A DNA stretch of 64,000 nt from Tubulanus polymorphus (Eukaryota; Animalia; Nemertea), in assembly GCF_964204645.1 (NCBI RefSeq), contig NC_134025.1, forward strand, positions 21,551,101 through 21,615,100, read 5' to 3'. This document shows positions 1 through 13,900 of this stretch, piece by piece. The translations under genes and the position numbers were made by a program. The notes beneath the pieces were generated by a model. It searched no databases and was not told the DNA's origin. It saw only the letters and a list, made by a program, of their open reading frames with translations. Each line of letters begins with the position of its first letter. The stretch's first letter is position 1.

Positions 1-2928
1 TCTAAGCGCGAACGAGGCTGTTGCCTGAATACTCATAAACCTATCAACGGATATTTCATTTTGTATTCAATGCTTTATTGTTTATTAATTATTTGTATAC
101 GGAACCAGATAAGGTGAATAAAGAAAAAAGATAATTTTGAGTGGTTATTTTTTCATTTGCTCTCCACACATTTATCATCCCCATAATGTGGATCTAAAGG
201 CATTCCGTGACAGCAAAAATACATCCTCTTTATGTATTTTTGGTGACAGATATATTCCGAAAGGAACCATATAAAGTAGGTTGATATCCCAGCTGCTCTA
301 TCATGCGCATTGTGCGATGATGACGTCAAAGCTGCCCATGTAGCCCCTTGTAGCTCCTTGTAGCCTCTTGTACCCTGACACAGGAATATTTTAACTGAGA
401 CGAATAGTAGTTTATAGGGTAAACTAATTCATTTGACGCACGAGCTTTCGCTACTAGTGTATAGTGGCTTCATCGCGCTTCCTCGCGTGATGAAGCTTCC
501 ATACACTGCTAGCGAAGGCTCGTACTTCAAATTAACTAGTACGTCTCGTTGTACTTATTACACACCAGATAACACGGCACCTCTACGTATCTACCTGATT
601 GAAGAAAAGCAAGTGCCCAGCGCACCAACCGTATCCCCGGAATGCAAGTTGCGCAACGTTCTCGAATTCCATTGCCTTGCAAGTCAATTCGCGAAAATGC
701 AGTCGCAAAATAAACAACAGTCTCCGAGTAAACCATAAAAAATGATGTATTCGTAAAACCTCTAAGACATTCGATGCTATCTAAATATGTCATCAGATGA
801 AAGAAATAAGACAAGTTTAAACATATAGACACTATCTAAATATGTCATCAGACTAGTAAACTGTAAATAAACTGTAAACTGATTAGCGTGTATAGACCTA
901 TATCTTTGTATATTGTACCAAAAACGTATTCATCAAATCACATCCGCTAATAACCTGTCATGCTATAAAATATACGAGCTGAGTGGCAAGGCGTGTAAGA
1001 CTAGGATCGACGATTTGTCACGCGAATTACTCTGTCACTGTGCGTTGATGATGTATGATATATCCCCGTCGTAATTCATAATTCCTATATTTAGATCGCG
1101 TTAAACGTGGAACATGAAGAATATTGATTGCAGAAATGTTGGACAAAATTGCGAATTCTGCAATCATTACTAAAGTTGATACGTGTAAAACGTGATAAGT
1201 AATAAAATAGACCATAACTGTATGATACGTTGAACACTATGGGGAATCTCAGACGTTACTGTGGCAATCAAGGATCGCTAGTAGTTACTCAGTGGGCGGA
1301 AATTTTGGAAAGTTCCCTTTTTGTAAATATCATTGTAATATCCATAATGGAACTGCCCCTTTTCAGGATCCCTTTTCTCCCCCTCCCCCAAAAAAGGTGT
1401 ACGGCCCTGCCAAGTTAATTGAATGAACTCATTTTGACAGCAAAATATTGTCACGCTATCTGGCGGGATAACTGGTGTCGCAGCTCCATTCCGTATGATA
1501 ATACACCTAACACCAAGGAGATTCTGGAATTGACTTATTATTGCCAATTTAGATCAGCACTACAGAGATCACATAAGTAACGCCAGTCGTAGGAGGAAAT
1601 GACGAGTGAAACATGTTCCCTCATTTCAAATAAACGGTCCTTGGTTTGACGTTTAAACACTTCAACGCTTTTTTTCTACGTGTGGTTTATCATCATAATT
1701 GTAGCCAAATTCATGTTGTATTAAACATGCTTTATTGCCAGTTGTCTGACAGCCGTCTCGATGAGCATGTCTCTACCACGCATAGATAAGTCACCAAAAG
1801 ACATTCAGCTATTTCATATGTCAAGTCTGTTGGAATAATATATTTAAGAATATTAGCGCTAGCGACGGGCTTAGTTGGCGGTCGCAATAAAATTGTGTAA
1901 ACACAATCAAACAAATACAAACGCGTTCTTCAAATAGGTGGTATCAAAATGATGGACCATTCTTTTTTTTCATATCAGAAGGCAGGTTTACTAAAAGAAT
2001 TCCCTCTTAAAAGTCAATTGATTTTCTCTTCGGTAATGAAATGAAAGACCATGTTTAAATTTGTCTTATTTCTTCGTCTGATGACATATTTAGATAGTGT
2101 CTATATGTTTAAACTTGTCTTATTTCTTTCATCTGATGACATATTTAGATAGCATCGAATGTCTTAGAGGTTTTACGAATACATCATTTTTTATGGTTTA
2201 CTCGGAGACTGTTGTTTATTTTGCGACTGCATTTTCGCGAATTGACTTGCAAGGCAATGGAATTCGAGAACGTTGCGCAACTTGCATTCCGGGGATACGG
2301 TTGGTGCGCTGGGCACTTGCTTTTCTTCAATCAGGTAGATACGTAGAGGTGCCGTGTTATCTGGTGTGTAATAAGTACAACGAGACGTACTAGTTAATTT
2401 GAAGTACGAGCCTTCGCTAGCAGTGTATGGAAGCTTCATCACGCGAGGAAGCGCGATGAAGCCACTATACACTAGTAGCGAAAGCTCGTGCGTCAAATGA
2501 ATTAGTTTACCCTATAAACTACTATTCGTCTCAGTTAAAATATTCCTGTGTCAGGGTACAAGAGGCTACAAGGAGCTACAAGGGGCTACATGGGCAGCTT
2601 TGACGTCATCATCGCACAATGCGCATGATAGAGCAGCTGGGATATCAACCTACTTTATATGGTTCCTTTCGGAATATATCTGTCACCAAAAATACATAAA
2701 GAGGATGTATTTTTGCTGTCACGGAATGCCTTTAGATCCACATTATGGGGATGATAAATGTGTGGAGAGCAAATGAAAAAATAACCACTCAAAATTATCT
2801 TTTTTCTTTATTCACCTTATCTGGTTCCGTATACAAATAATTAATAAACAATAAAGCATTGAATACAAAATGAAATATCCGTTGATAGGTTTATGAGTAT
2901 TCAGGCAACAGCCTCGTTCGCGCTTAGA
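1..2928. mobile_element. Long inverted-repeat (foldback-like) element; arms 1-853 and 2076-2928, 1222-bp spacer, left end outside window
   Basis: Position n pairs with 2929-n from base 1 (tctaagcgcgaacgagg... vs ...cctcgttcgcgcttaga) to 853/2076. The ORF track gives identical mirror ORFs (433-738+/2191-2496-, 536-832-/2097-2393+). No transposase-like ORF in the spacer. The repeat is directly visible; the transposon class is inference. Confidence 0.75.
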
Positions 2929-3219
2929 AAAGATGTACATAAAAATGTGTCACTAACTATGCTGCAGCGTCGGTTTCAGTCGGTCATGGATGAGTAAAAT
3001 CCGCAGCCAGTTTCAGGTTGGTTTCCCATGACGTATCAATCAGAAAGAATAGTATCGTGATTAATTAAAGCTAATTATTGTCATAAAGCTTAGAATCCGG
3101 AACTATGTCCCGAGTTTTGATTCGAGAGATTAGGAAGGTTTAATGGTCTTATTGAGAAGACGAGGGTGTCGTCCGTGGTTTAGGTCTTCATATAAATTCT
3201 ATATAAATAATCGAAGTTT

Positions 3220-6200
3220 TCACTCCGCTTTACCGCGGGTTTTGTACGCGTTTTCCCAGATATCGGACAAACAGATCGAGGCCTGAAACCGGTAGAATAT
3301 GACTAAAGGCGAGAACATCCGCGTGATCATACTCCAGGGAATTATACCGAAATAATCTGAGAACAAATCCTGATCATCGGCGTTTGCGAACAAAAACGTA
3401 GCCGACATCCACATGGAAAAATTCACGCATATGAGCAACGTGATCACATTTTGACCCGGTTTCTTTTCGGCGTGTTCGGTTTTATGGGCGCTACGACTGA
3501 ACCCGTCCAGAACCGTATAAGTTTGCAAGGTACTCTGACCCATGCATAAGATGGATTGTACCAGGAAAAATACGCCGTAATTGAATTCGTCGCCAGTTCT
3601 GATGGCGTTTATAGCTCCCAACATGATGAACAGATACAGCGCGTAGACGCCCGCCTGCGTTATAATGAGCAACGAGCCATCAAAATTATCTTCCTCCAAA
3701 CCTACGTATTTCAAATCCCTCAGTAACATGTAAACGAAAATGCCGGCAGATGCGGCAATCATAATCAACAAAATCTCCATGACCAAAAATGTATATTCCA
3801 TATTACCGGAGGCGGTATGGTAAACGATAACTCCGATTAAAGTCAAAATCATAATGACCACACCCACGATTAAACCCACGTATGCCCTGCCACATCTTTT
3901 GTGCCAAATTGTTTTATCGCAGAACGGCGCCGATGGTTCGTCCGTGTCGGATTCCACGACGGTTCGTTCACTGAATCCTTTGCCGACGTTCAGGTACATG
4001 ATGTAAGCCGCTCCAGCCCCGAACAGTCCGTATTCGACGACGCACGGATAGATGAATCCAACCGCTTTGTCGTAGTACGCTCCGCCCGAGTGACAGACGT
4101 CGGTTTCATTACGTTCCTCTGAAAGAATACGCCATCTTTAGACAGACATGGAACGCAGATATTTAGATATTTAAGTCTTGTAATGAAAAAAAGTCTTGAG
4201 TGTCAAAACTAAACAAAACGCCAAGGCAAACATTTCAGATCCTCTATTTGTTATATTTACATATACCGCTCATCAAATGCCCTCTCAATTTCTTAACGCT
4301 CGATTATCTTGTCAATTTTTCAATCAAATTCTTCTCATCTCAATGCTACATCTATTACTCGTATGGTCTATAACTTAAGGCAACACATGTTAGCCGAAAC
4401 ATGTCCACAATATTTTTTGAATATATGTAAATATAACCAAAAAAGGATCTAAAATAGAACGATAACCACATTCAAACGTGGTGAATGATAATAAGATGAA
4501 AACCCACTATCTACAGATTAAAAGAATTTAAAAACAAGAATCTATTTATTCAATCTAAAATATATAGAATACATGACGATCTCAGTCATTTCGATCTCAC
4601 CCTGGAGATCATCGTCAGGTGATAAATTCTTTTAATCTGTAGATAGTGGGTTTTTTGGGATCTTATTAATGATCTAAAATGTTTGCTTTGACATTTTGTT
4701 CATTTATATCTTAGGCTAGTTTATTTCGTATCAAAGTTACCCATAAGGAAATGTAATGATGAACTGACTCGCAAATTTGAAAATCGTATTTTGTCCGTAT
4801 TTTTCTATGACATTATCCTACTTACCGGTTAACTTTTTGCGAACATCAGCGACCGTTTCGTGGGTGGTGGCCGACAACCACAGGGCCAGATTCGTGGCGA
4901 CTAGGTGCATCATGCAGAAACGCACAAAAGGTTTACACCGATTCACAACTAACTATTGTTTAAGAAAAAGAAAATCTACGTGATCGGGAAAACAACCATA
5001 AAATCTGCCATACGTGTTATTGACAAGAATACATCACAGAGAAAGACAAAACCCTAGGTAGGACGGCTGATTCCAAACTGTAATGGAAATAGGGTTTTTG
5101 CATAAGCCACGATTTGGCCCGGGCCAAATTGGCACGACGGATCAGACCCAAGTCAAAATGGGTCCGTGCCTAATAAGTTCACACGCAAACCACTCACTCG
5201 ATGCTAAACAACAAAGCGAGACGAGTCATTTCCGCAACCAGATGTAATTCGCACGCAATGATCTTGACCCATGTTTAAATTTGGGCCAGGTCCGACGTTT
5301 TTGGTCGGGCCGAATTGGCACGGGCCCGTTTGGCAGCCGTGTGAACAGTTGTTCCGGGCCAAATTTGGTACGGGCCAAAAACGCTTGCGGGATCGCGGCT
5401 ATGGTTTAATCGTCAAAATGTATATATTATAATTATTTCCTAACTACTAAATTCGAGTGACAGGCGACATGAGTACGAGATGGGTTGTTTGTCATAGACA
5501 GTATTGATTCAGTAATTATTGAGTATTTAGCAATTAACAGCTTTGCAGCTATTAATTGTTGTCATCATTTTTAGGATGGTTTATTGTCAATTTAGCGGTC
5601 TGATGACATATTTTCATGTCACAGTTTGAATGACGACCAGACACCTCACAACACTGTACTCATATCTACGATAAATATCAAGTAAACCGAATTGGTCGGA
5701 GAATTGGAGTTGAGTCAGATAGGCTGTATAGTCTAGAGACTCAACGTCTTACGACCTGCAAGTCGTGAGCTCCGGATATCATAACACCAAGGTTTACCAA
5801 GAACCATAGTGTCTGACGTACCACAACGACGATGACAATGATTGGCATTAAACCTTTTCCAATACCTCCCCGTGAAGCCTATTCATGGCCAGACGAAGAA
5901 AGCGATTATTGTGGAGTAGCAACTTGTGGGGTAATAATCATTTTACTCCAAGGTCGCACGAATAGCAACAACCATACTATTTCGTATAATCGACGATTCC
6001 CCTAGATTCCAAGTGGTTGGGAAACAACCAATTATCTTAATTAGCTTGTTTTTTTATATAATTCAAATCAATATCAGTTATCGTTATCGACAGTACCTGG
6101 TGATACTTAACGAAAAGAACAGTCTGCATTACGACGAAAATCACCATTATGCCGTTAGCTACCTGCTTATACAAAGGGTAACAATCGCGCGGAATAACAC

Positions 6201-8978
6201 CTTCATACGGCGCTATCAAACGTAATTCGCAGAATGTGATGCTACCGAGCGCGAATACTACAATGAATCGAAATAAGAACAATTATAAATATTTCTTATG
6301 GTCTATGGAATAGAATGTGATTGTTCGTATAACACCTACCTATACCGCCGATTCGATAGTACAAATTAGACCCTTCGCCGCCTAAACAAACCTCTGGGTA
6401 GACCCATTCGCCTTCGGCAATTCGTTCTCTTTCGCTTAGCTCGATTCCGTCGGACCCTGGTACTCTTTGCAAGCTACTGAATTCTATGTTCCATCCGGGA
6501 TTGGGTTGCACTTGAGTCTGGGGTTCCACAGTCGATGGTTTCGGTTTTGCTCGTCTGACCAAGTCGATGAACACGTAAAGCATAGCGCCGATCGCGCAGA
6601 TGAACAGAACTATTTGATAGGACTTCAATGAAAAATAAAACCGGTTCAGTTTTAAATCAAACTTTAGTACAAAACCTAAATGAAAATAGATAAAACTTTT
6701 TAGAATGATATCAAGGGAAATTTTCAAAACTACGATATTATTTCTTATGCACGTTGCTTGCTAAAAGTCACAGATTGTCCAAGGTGAATATTGTGAAAAA
6801 CATCAAGGAAAATTTGAAATATTCTAAAACTTTTGTTTTTTCAACACAAGAATATTGAAGTATCTTATTGAGTTTTGTTGTTAAAATCAAATTTGGGGGA
6901 TTTTTAACAAGGGGGAATTATTACCTGTTACCACCCTTATCAAGACACAATATCAAAGGTCCCCCGAATATAATTTCGAACTATTCTTTGAAATTATGGC
7001 AAGCAAAGGGTTTCTTTCCATTTAGTATAATAGATATTTCCCTTGCTGGTAAGTTTATTTATGTATGATAGTATATACAGATAATTCAACCACGTGTATC
7101 AATATAGAGTTATAATAACAAACCCTGGCCTGAAAAAACGAGAATGGAACCCAACCCATTACTTCATAATGTGATAACATATACAGAAATTGGACGAATT
7201 TCACCCTGGATTTCAATGGCACTACATGGAGAGGGGGATGTTGTCCGAGGGCTATTAACGTGTAAGATATCAACCAAAGATTAACATCATCATTCACTGC
7301 TTAAATGCTACGTACGCGAAGGCAAATGCAACTACTTAATGATTCCATTTGCTTTTAATGAGTGACCTGGGACCAATGTTTGTTATTGAAATGAGCCGTG
7401 CTTGGAATTACAGTTAGGCACAAAAGGGGCTTATTTACAGACGAAAGGGGTCGGAAATGATTTGTTTATGCAGCACGGTTCTTATTGTATTTTTCTAATG
7501 ACAGCGCAGGAGAGTTCAATCATCACTTTTTGCAACGGAGGGACTATTAGTTATGGTTCCGGAAGCAAAAGCGCCGGTAGTTATTTCGTGAACGACCTAA
7601 GAATATGAAAAGAGTCTGCGCGGTAATCAATAGGTGAACCCTGGTACTGATATTTATATAACTGGGTCGACGAATTCAAAAGCACTTGACTACCATATTT
7701 GCGCGTTCAATGCGACACGTATATGTCGAATTAATGAAGAGATATACGAACAGTCGACACGCGTAAGCCCCGAAGGAAAAACATGCTATGAAACAAGTTT
7801 TGAAAAAAGCATAAGCGTAAGTGGCAAAAACTTAGATAGAACTTATAGACAGTTAATGCATAATGCGTATAGTCCCTTGCGATATATTGTAGTCTACAAC
7901 TTGGGGTCTATAGAATGACAAAGCACGTACCTCGGTGTAATAGCCAGATATATCGATTGAGTTGGTTAAAGCATCGCTAATTGGAAAAACTACCCCGAAA
8001 CTGCACAGTATCAGACAGTAGAGACCACACGTAACTCTTGTAGCCGCCTTTCTGAAATTAAAAGAACACAAGAAAACTACAGACGCAAACAGATAAGAAC
8101 GGTATATTTTGACCATTACCAAACAACACATTCTACTAAATTCGAAGAAATTTTGATTGGCTTCATACTAAAGTAGTAGTTAGTTTCCCGACGAGAGTTC
8201 AGTTAAGTTCAATATACTTGTTTCTAGACAGAAAAGTCTCAAAAACGGAACTCAATAAAGCTTACGCATTGTTTTTCGTATCGTCATAGCAATCTCTATC
8301 GAATATCGTTTTTTACATTCACCGGGCGCATGGAAAAATTCCGCGAATAATTCAGAGAAATTTTCTTATGATATTACTACGAGACCGGGGTAATCAAAAA
8401 CGTATAGGGGCAAAGTTTAGGTGACGTTGATAGAGTTTCGAACCACAAACGTTTCGGCCATGGCCGTCGATGCGTAAGCAAACCTTCGAGATTTTATCTC
8501 AAGAATTTCAAGAGTGAGATTTCTGTATTTATATACGGTTGACGTGCATTTGAGTGTTTCATTTGACTGAAAGTGACGTTCTTCAGTGACACGTTACTCC
8601 CACTCGATGCGGCGTTTACGAAGATTCAAATATCGTGTCGATACATTAAATATTAACACATCACACACACATATGAAGGCAGGCTTAGCAGCGATTTTAT
8701 ATATAGTTCGGTCGAGAGAGGTAAACATATGTATGAGTTATGCACTGTTGTTTTCGCGTAGAAAAAAAAAAGTGCTAAGCAAAGCTTCGGCACGCGAATT
8801 TATATACGCAAATCTTTGGAAAATGTCTCGAGGCATCATGCATAATCAAATCAAATAACCAAAAATCTACTTACTTTTCACGTCGACTTATTATTTCAGT
8901 TCTCGCTAACTGCAACTTGAATTTTTTTGTGAATTTGCTCAACGGTTGAGCAGCGTTACTACTCACGCTATCTTCCAT
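3220..8978 (-). CDS. Otopetrin-family proton channel, 6 exons, ~564 aa
   Basis: Exons (minus) 8978-8875, 8051-7931, 6622-6340, 6257-6097, 4952-4826, 4118-3220; all GT-AG, phases join, total 1695 nt. Otopetrin motifs RFCMMHLVATNLALW, FIYPCVVEYG, VNFSMW, PLVIFYRF. Exon 1 is the least certain (chosen on ATG, phase-2 fit and GTAAGT donor). Confidence 0.9.
4491..4666. mobile_element. Small inverted-repeat element (MITE-like) in otopetrin intron
   Basis: 32-bp perfect inverted arms 4499-4530 (aaaacccactatctacagattaaaagaattta) and 4623-4654, extending imperfectly outward. Confidence 0.6.
5101..5403. mobile_element. MITE-like element with GC-rich ggcccgggccaaattggcacg repeats
   Basis: Termini cataagccacgat / atcgcggctatg; internal inverted copies of gggccaaattggcacg; diverged partial copy at ~35145-35281. 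Confidence 0.55.
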
Positions 8979-10982
8979 TCTCAACCCGTTCGCTTTAGTG
9001 CGCGCTTCCTACTACGTGTATTGGGCCTATACTATCGGTACTCTCCCTGTCGCGGCCAAGGCCTCTCAAGGCTCTTTTGTACGCGTTAGCGTTTGATCCC
9101 GCCAGGTTTTTCTACACACGAGCTTTTATAATATCTTTTGAAATAGAATATGTTGCGTGTACATAGACGTGTTGTGTGGCTTTTTGTATGCGGGAGATAG
9201 CTTCGACGCATTGTGGAACAAAATATATATAATCGATACATAGTGAAGTGACAGCTGTGAAATAAGTAAATAATTACTTCTCAAAGTAGTTTTGATAATG
9301 GATTATTTAGTTGAAAATATATTTTATGTGTCTTTTTGAATTAATTTTTTTACTGAGTACACTTGGTGTTTCAATGATTGAGCCACAATACCGTTTTAGA
9401 TTTGATTACGTATTTGGTAGACTTTGGTAGTTTAAAAAGGAGCAGTGAAATAACGCGAAATTGAAATTTAGAATTCATCCATTTTACACGAATTCTGAAG
9501 AAAGTGTTTCTGTAAAGCCAGGAAATGAAACAACTGTTAGACGATAATTTTGCAATGCAGTGGATCTAGCTATCGCTGATCTTCTTCACCACAGGGGCCA
9601 GTTGCTGAGACACGACCGATTCGGAAGCAATTCGACATCTTAATTCCCTCGATAGAGTTTAGACTTATTCAAATATCTCTTCCTCAAGATGATGAACAAT
9701 GCATCGGAACCGTCACGATTTGTGTTGTCCTCGAAATACGGCTTTCGTGACCCGAGCTGATGACGGCTGCCGAACAAAACAAATCCACATACCAACAAAC
9801 GAAACACGGTGAATTATTTAAACTCAAAGAATTTAAAGTTTACTATATCATAATTATACAGATATATATATAATGCCTTGACGATCATATTGGAATATCA
9901 TTATTACATATACATACTATATATTTACACCTAATATGATCCGCTATGATTGGAACTTCACGGTAGTTATATCTATTAATACATATATATTTATAGATGA
10001 TAAAGGTATGCTGTTTTTCAAATCAAATGTCGAACACACACTTGACTATCGATGATATCATTTTTACGCGACATATGACGAATCTCTCAACACGGACATT
10101 TTTAAAATCTAACGATAAACTACAGTTACGGTGGGATTCATATACACATTGTTTTCGTTTTCTATTTGCATTTTCAGTGGTTTTTTCTATCTTCATTCTG
10201 TGATTCGTAAGTCATTTGAATTCGTCATATCATGGACGTATATAAACTCGTTTTACGTCCATGGTCATATGTATACACGTGTGTATTGTGGGTATCTGGA
10301 CTTTATCAAGGGTGCTTCAAAAATTGCCCGGTAGTGTACATCACTACACCGACCAAATCCACGATTTCGACTTTTCTCTTTTTGCTTCAAGCAAAGTAAT
10401 GGCGATATTACAAGCTAAACGTTCATGCTCTACCCCTAGTACGGAATCCATAATTGATAGAGAAATCTACGAATGTATATATATCATTATGCTACCGTCG
10501 TATTATTTTGCCTGGTTCACTGCTTGATTATTATTTATAGCTGGATGGACAGTTCCCAAGCGATAAGTTCTATATTCGCGGTTTACTGTACATGAAATTG
10601 GCTTGCCATGAATATGTGCATAATATCAATCTTTATCCAAATGGACATCGATGTTCCTATCGGAGTACGTCTACTCCGTATCCTGACTATTCTATCGTGT
10701 GGTTAATTGCATTTAGAGAACGGGATTTTCAAAGAATATGAAATGCTGCATTTCGTTCGGCGAATTGAGAGTGTGTCAGGGTGTAGACGCCCGTAAACAT
10801 AACATAACTGGAAGTACTAAATGTTTTTTTCGTATGATAGACCCCGTTACTGGAGACAATGCGTTGATTCAAATATAGTTTTGGATGCGTTCGAACAAAT
10901 GATTCATAAAGCGCCCTGTCTTTTAGCGAATTTTCCGTAGTGTGCGATCATGCGTGTACCAGATATCACGCGGCTCAGGCGT

Positions 10983-13900
10983 CTAGAACTCCAGACACAT
11001 CGGGGCGTTGACGTAGCCGAATATGTTGAATTCGATGAGAACGGAAAATATCACGAATATAACGTACACAATTAAAAACAGAACACCGAGCTTCTTGTCG
11101 ATTTTCCAGCCGTAAAAATGTATCGAGCCAAGCTGAAAAACGAAAACAAATAATGCTTAATATACCGAATATTTATATAACGCGCTTAACCATATTTCTC
11201 GACGTGTATTGAAAGGCGCAGAAAAGTTAGCCGTTATTAGAAAGCCAGAAACGAGACACGGATGAATATAATTTGTGTCGCCCTCTAAAGGACGCCATCG
11301 TATATGGATTTTCGATATCATCTATTTATGTCTTTTTATATATGATATATCAAAGATAGACAAAAGACCTAATCAACTATTACTGTATCTGCTAAGTCAT
11401 GTAGCCTACACGTAGCTTTGAATCTACGTCCTTAAATTATTCAGTCGTATTATTATACGTTTTTCCATTTGAATGTGGATTTTGTTTGTAATTTGTATTC
11501 TCTTTTTCCTCTTGTAGTCGTTACTTTTTGTTCGAAATAAAGACTTAAAATTATTCTTAAAGCATTAAAAAAATATCCTTACCGTAAATATTACAGTAAG
11601 GAATAGAAGTACAACGGAAAACACCATTCCATTGCTGTTGATATGAACCTGCGGAGTATTAAAAAAAGATGCGGTGTGCTGCATTAATCCTGGTTGAAAA
11701 TCGTTTTCGTTCGATTTCGGATTACTGAAGGTAATTACGGTTTTTGATACGTACAACACTGCCAGCAGAAGATAAACCAGTTTTGATAAACCACGGAAAG
11801 GCAAGTCCTATAAGTATATCAAAAACGTTGCTTCCTATTGTGTTTGATACTGCCATATCTCCCAGACCTGAAGGAAATAAAATTGAAAATAGAATTATAA
11901 GATTATTATGGATCTTGTGAGTGAATTTGACTAAATCATCGCTTGGGATATATTGCATACCCTGTCTGGCTACAATTACGCTAGCCATAGCGTCTGGTAT
12001 ACTAGTACCCGCAGCTAGAAACGTAATACCCATTATGCTATCGGGTATACCTAATGTAAAACCTATCAAGGTAACCTGAAAGAGAAAAGGTATCAAAGGG
12101 TGATAAAACTGATTGGACATGTTTAAGATAGATAATGCATTTGATTATGTTAAGACTGATTGGACGATACTACGGCAAATACGCGATATAGATGTACCGT
12201 TCCTATACATTATCTTTACTTACCATCCAAACCATAACGTATGAAAAGGTAGCGATCCACACGATTGACATAATAAACGTGCCTATGAACCATTTCTCCC
12301 AACTAAAATAATTCAACCAATCTGTTAAAAATGTTTTCATTTATGTATGGCGAAAAGAAAACACAGAGAAACACAGAAAACACATACGTGCATCTCTTAT
12401 TTATCACCTCAAGAAAAAAAATCTTTATAGAGAAGAATACTTGACAGAAAACTGTGTGTTGATTGTAACAAAAATCTTAGTAGTTTAATTAGTCAACATT
12501 AATTTTCATAATTACAATAGTCAAGTTTAGCAGGCACTTGTCTATTGGGATCACGGTACCTTTGTTTTCTACAGTCTGGCGTGGTAAAATAGAGAACTAT
12601 TCGAATAGGGTAAGATACTGCCCAGGTGAGCACCGAAAATACGCCACTATCTGCAAAGATCATTGAAGATGTAATATATTAGAATGTGAGAAATATGTAT
12701 TGAGACTCCTTGATTCGATTTTGAGATGTTGATTTGAATTTGAATTTATGTAATCAATTAAAAGTCTTCAGGTGACTGTATGCATTATGGTTTACGAAAA
12801 TAAATATTATCATTATCATTATAGTGATATCCGAAATCTGGCAGTTTTTTCGAGTTATCGAATTACGGTAATTGATATGATTATCATTTTTCTCTACCTA
12901 AAATATCCGTTTTTTTCTAATGGCTAAAAGGACGGCATGTAAAGTATTATCTGAATGTAGATAGATAGGAAATAGAGCGCGTGAAATTCAAGTGTGAGAT
13001 TAACATACCTAATGAAGGAAGCCTTTTCCACTCATCTAAGTCTGTTTCATCTTCGGCCATCGAAAGACTAAACAATAAGAAAACTTAACTTAACAGTTTA
13101 TTGACGCCTTGAATAAACAACTTATATATTGCTTAATACTGTCGATAAAACATAATATGGTATACGATTATATAATATTAAGGACCAATAAAGTTACTTT
13201 GAATTTCAATATATGGACAATTGAATTGAATTGACCGGCAACCAGCTTAGCCCCGATGACGTAGTGCACATCTCAAAAATAATTATCAAAATTTATCAAA
13301 TACAAAATAAGAATTAAGAAAATTACAAAATAAAGCCACAATTCACAATTGCAATTGTTATTCTGAAATGCCAACACTGAGAACCCCAAATAACATGTAT
13401 TAGTTATTCAATGTGTAAAATGTATAAAGTTTATTGTAACGGTTATTTGGAATATACCGGTAAATGATAACAGTAAACCCATTTATATCAAAATGTATAT
13501 CTTGCTCGGCGAAGAAGAGTGTTTCGTCATGATAGTTAACATTTGTACACATATAGTCAAAATATTACGTATGAAAATGAAAACTTGAACCTCGACTGAT
13601 GATGTGAAATCTTGTCTGCTTGTCCCAGAAATACGTATACGATGAAAATATATTTACCATCTAACAGCTTTAGTATACGAAGCCATGCTACTTTCGAAAC
13701 TATGCGTTTTCCATTTGTGTCGCTTCATAAAAGCGGGATCACGTAGCAGACGCTTCCGCTGTAAAAGCAAAACAAAACAAAAAGGTATCATTACGTCGTT
13801 TATCTGGATAAAGGTCAGGATGATGGTTATAGCAGGTAAATATTTCAACAGCTCGAATCTATAGTCACAGATACATTGATCTTTTGTACACGAACCTCAG

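Noticed and set aside
2076-2150. CTGATGA boxes in the arm-boundary repeats as hammerhead ribozymes
   Set aside because: No GAAA core or stem III at the right spacing
433-2496. Two pairs of identical ORFs (101 aa and 98 aa) as duplicated genes
   Set aside because: They are mirror images created by the inverted repeat, have non-ATG starts and no recognisable motifs
8266-8331. Alternative otopetrin first exon ending at the GTAAG donor near 8265
   Set aside because: The phase-compatible frame hits a stop upstream with no ATG; 8875-8978 fits better
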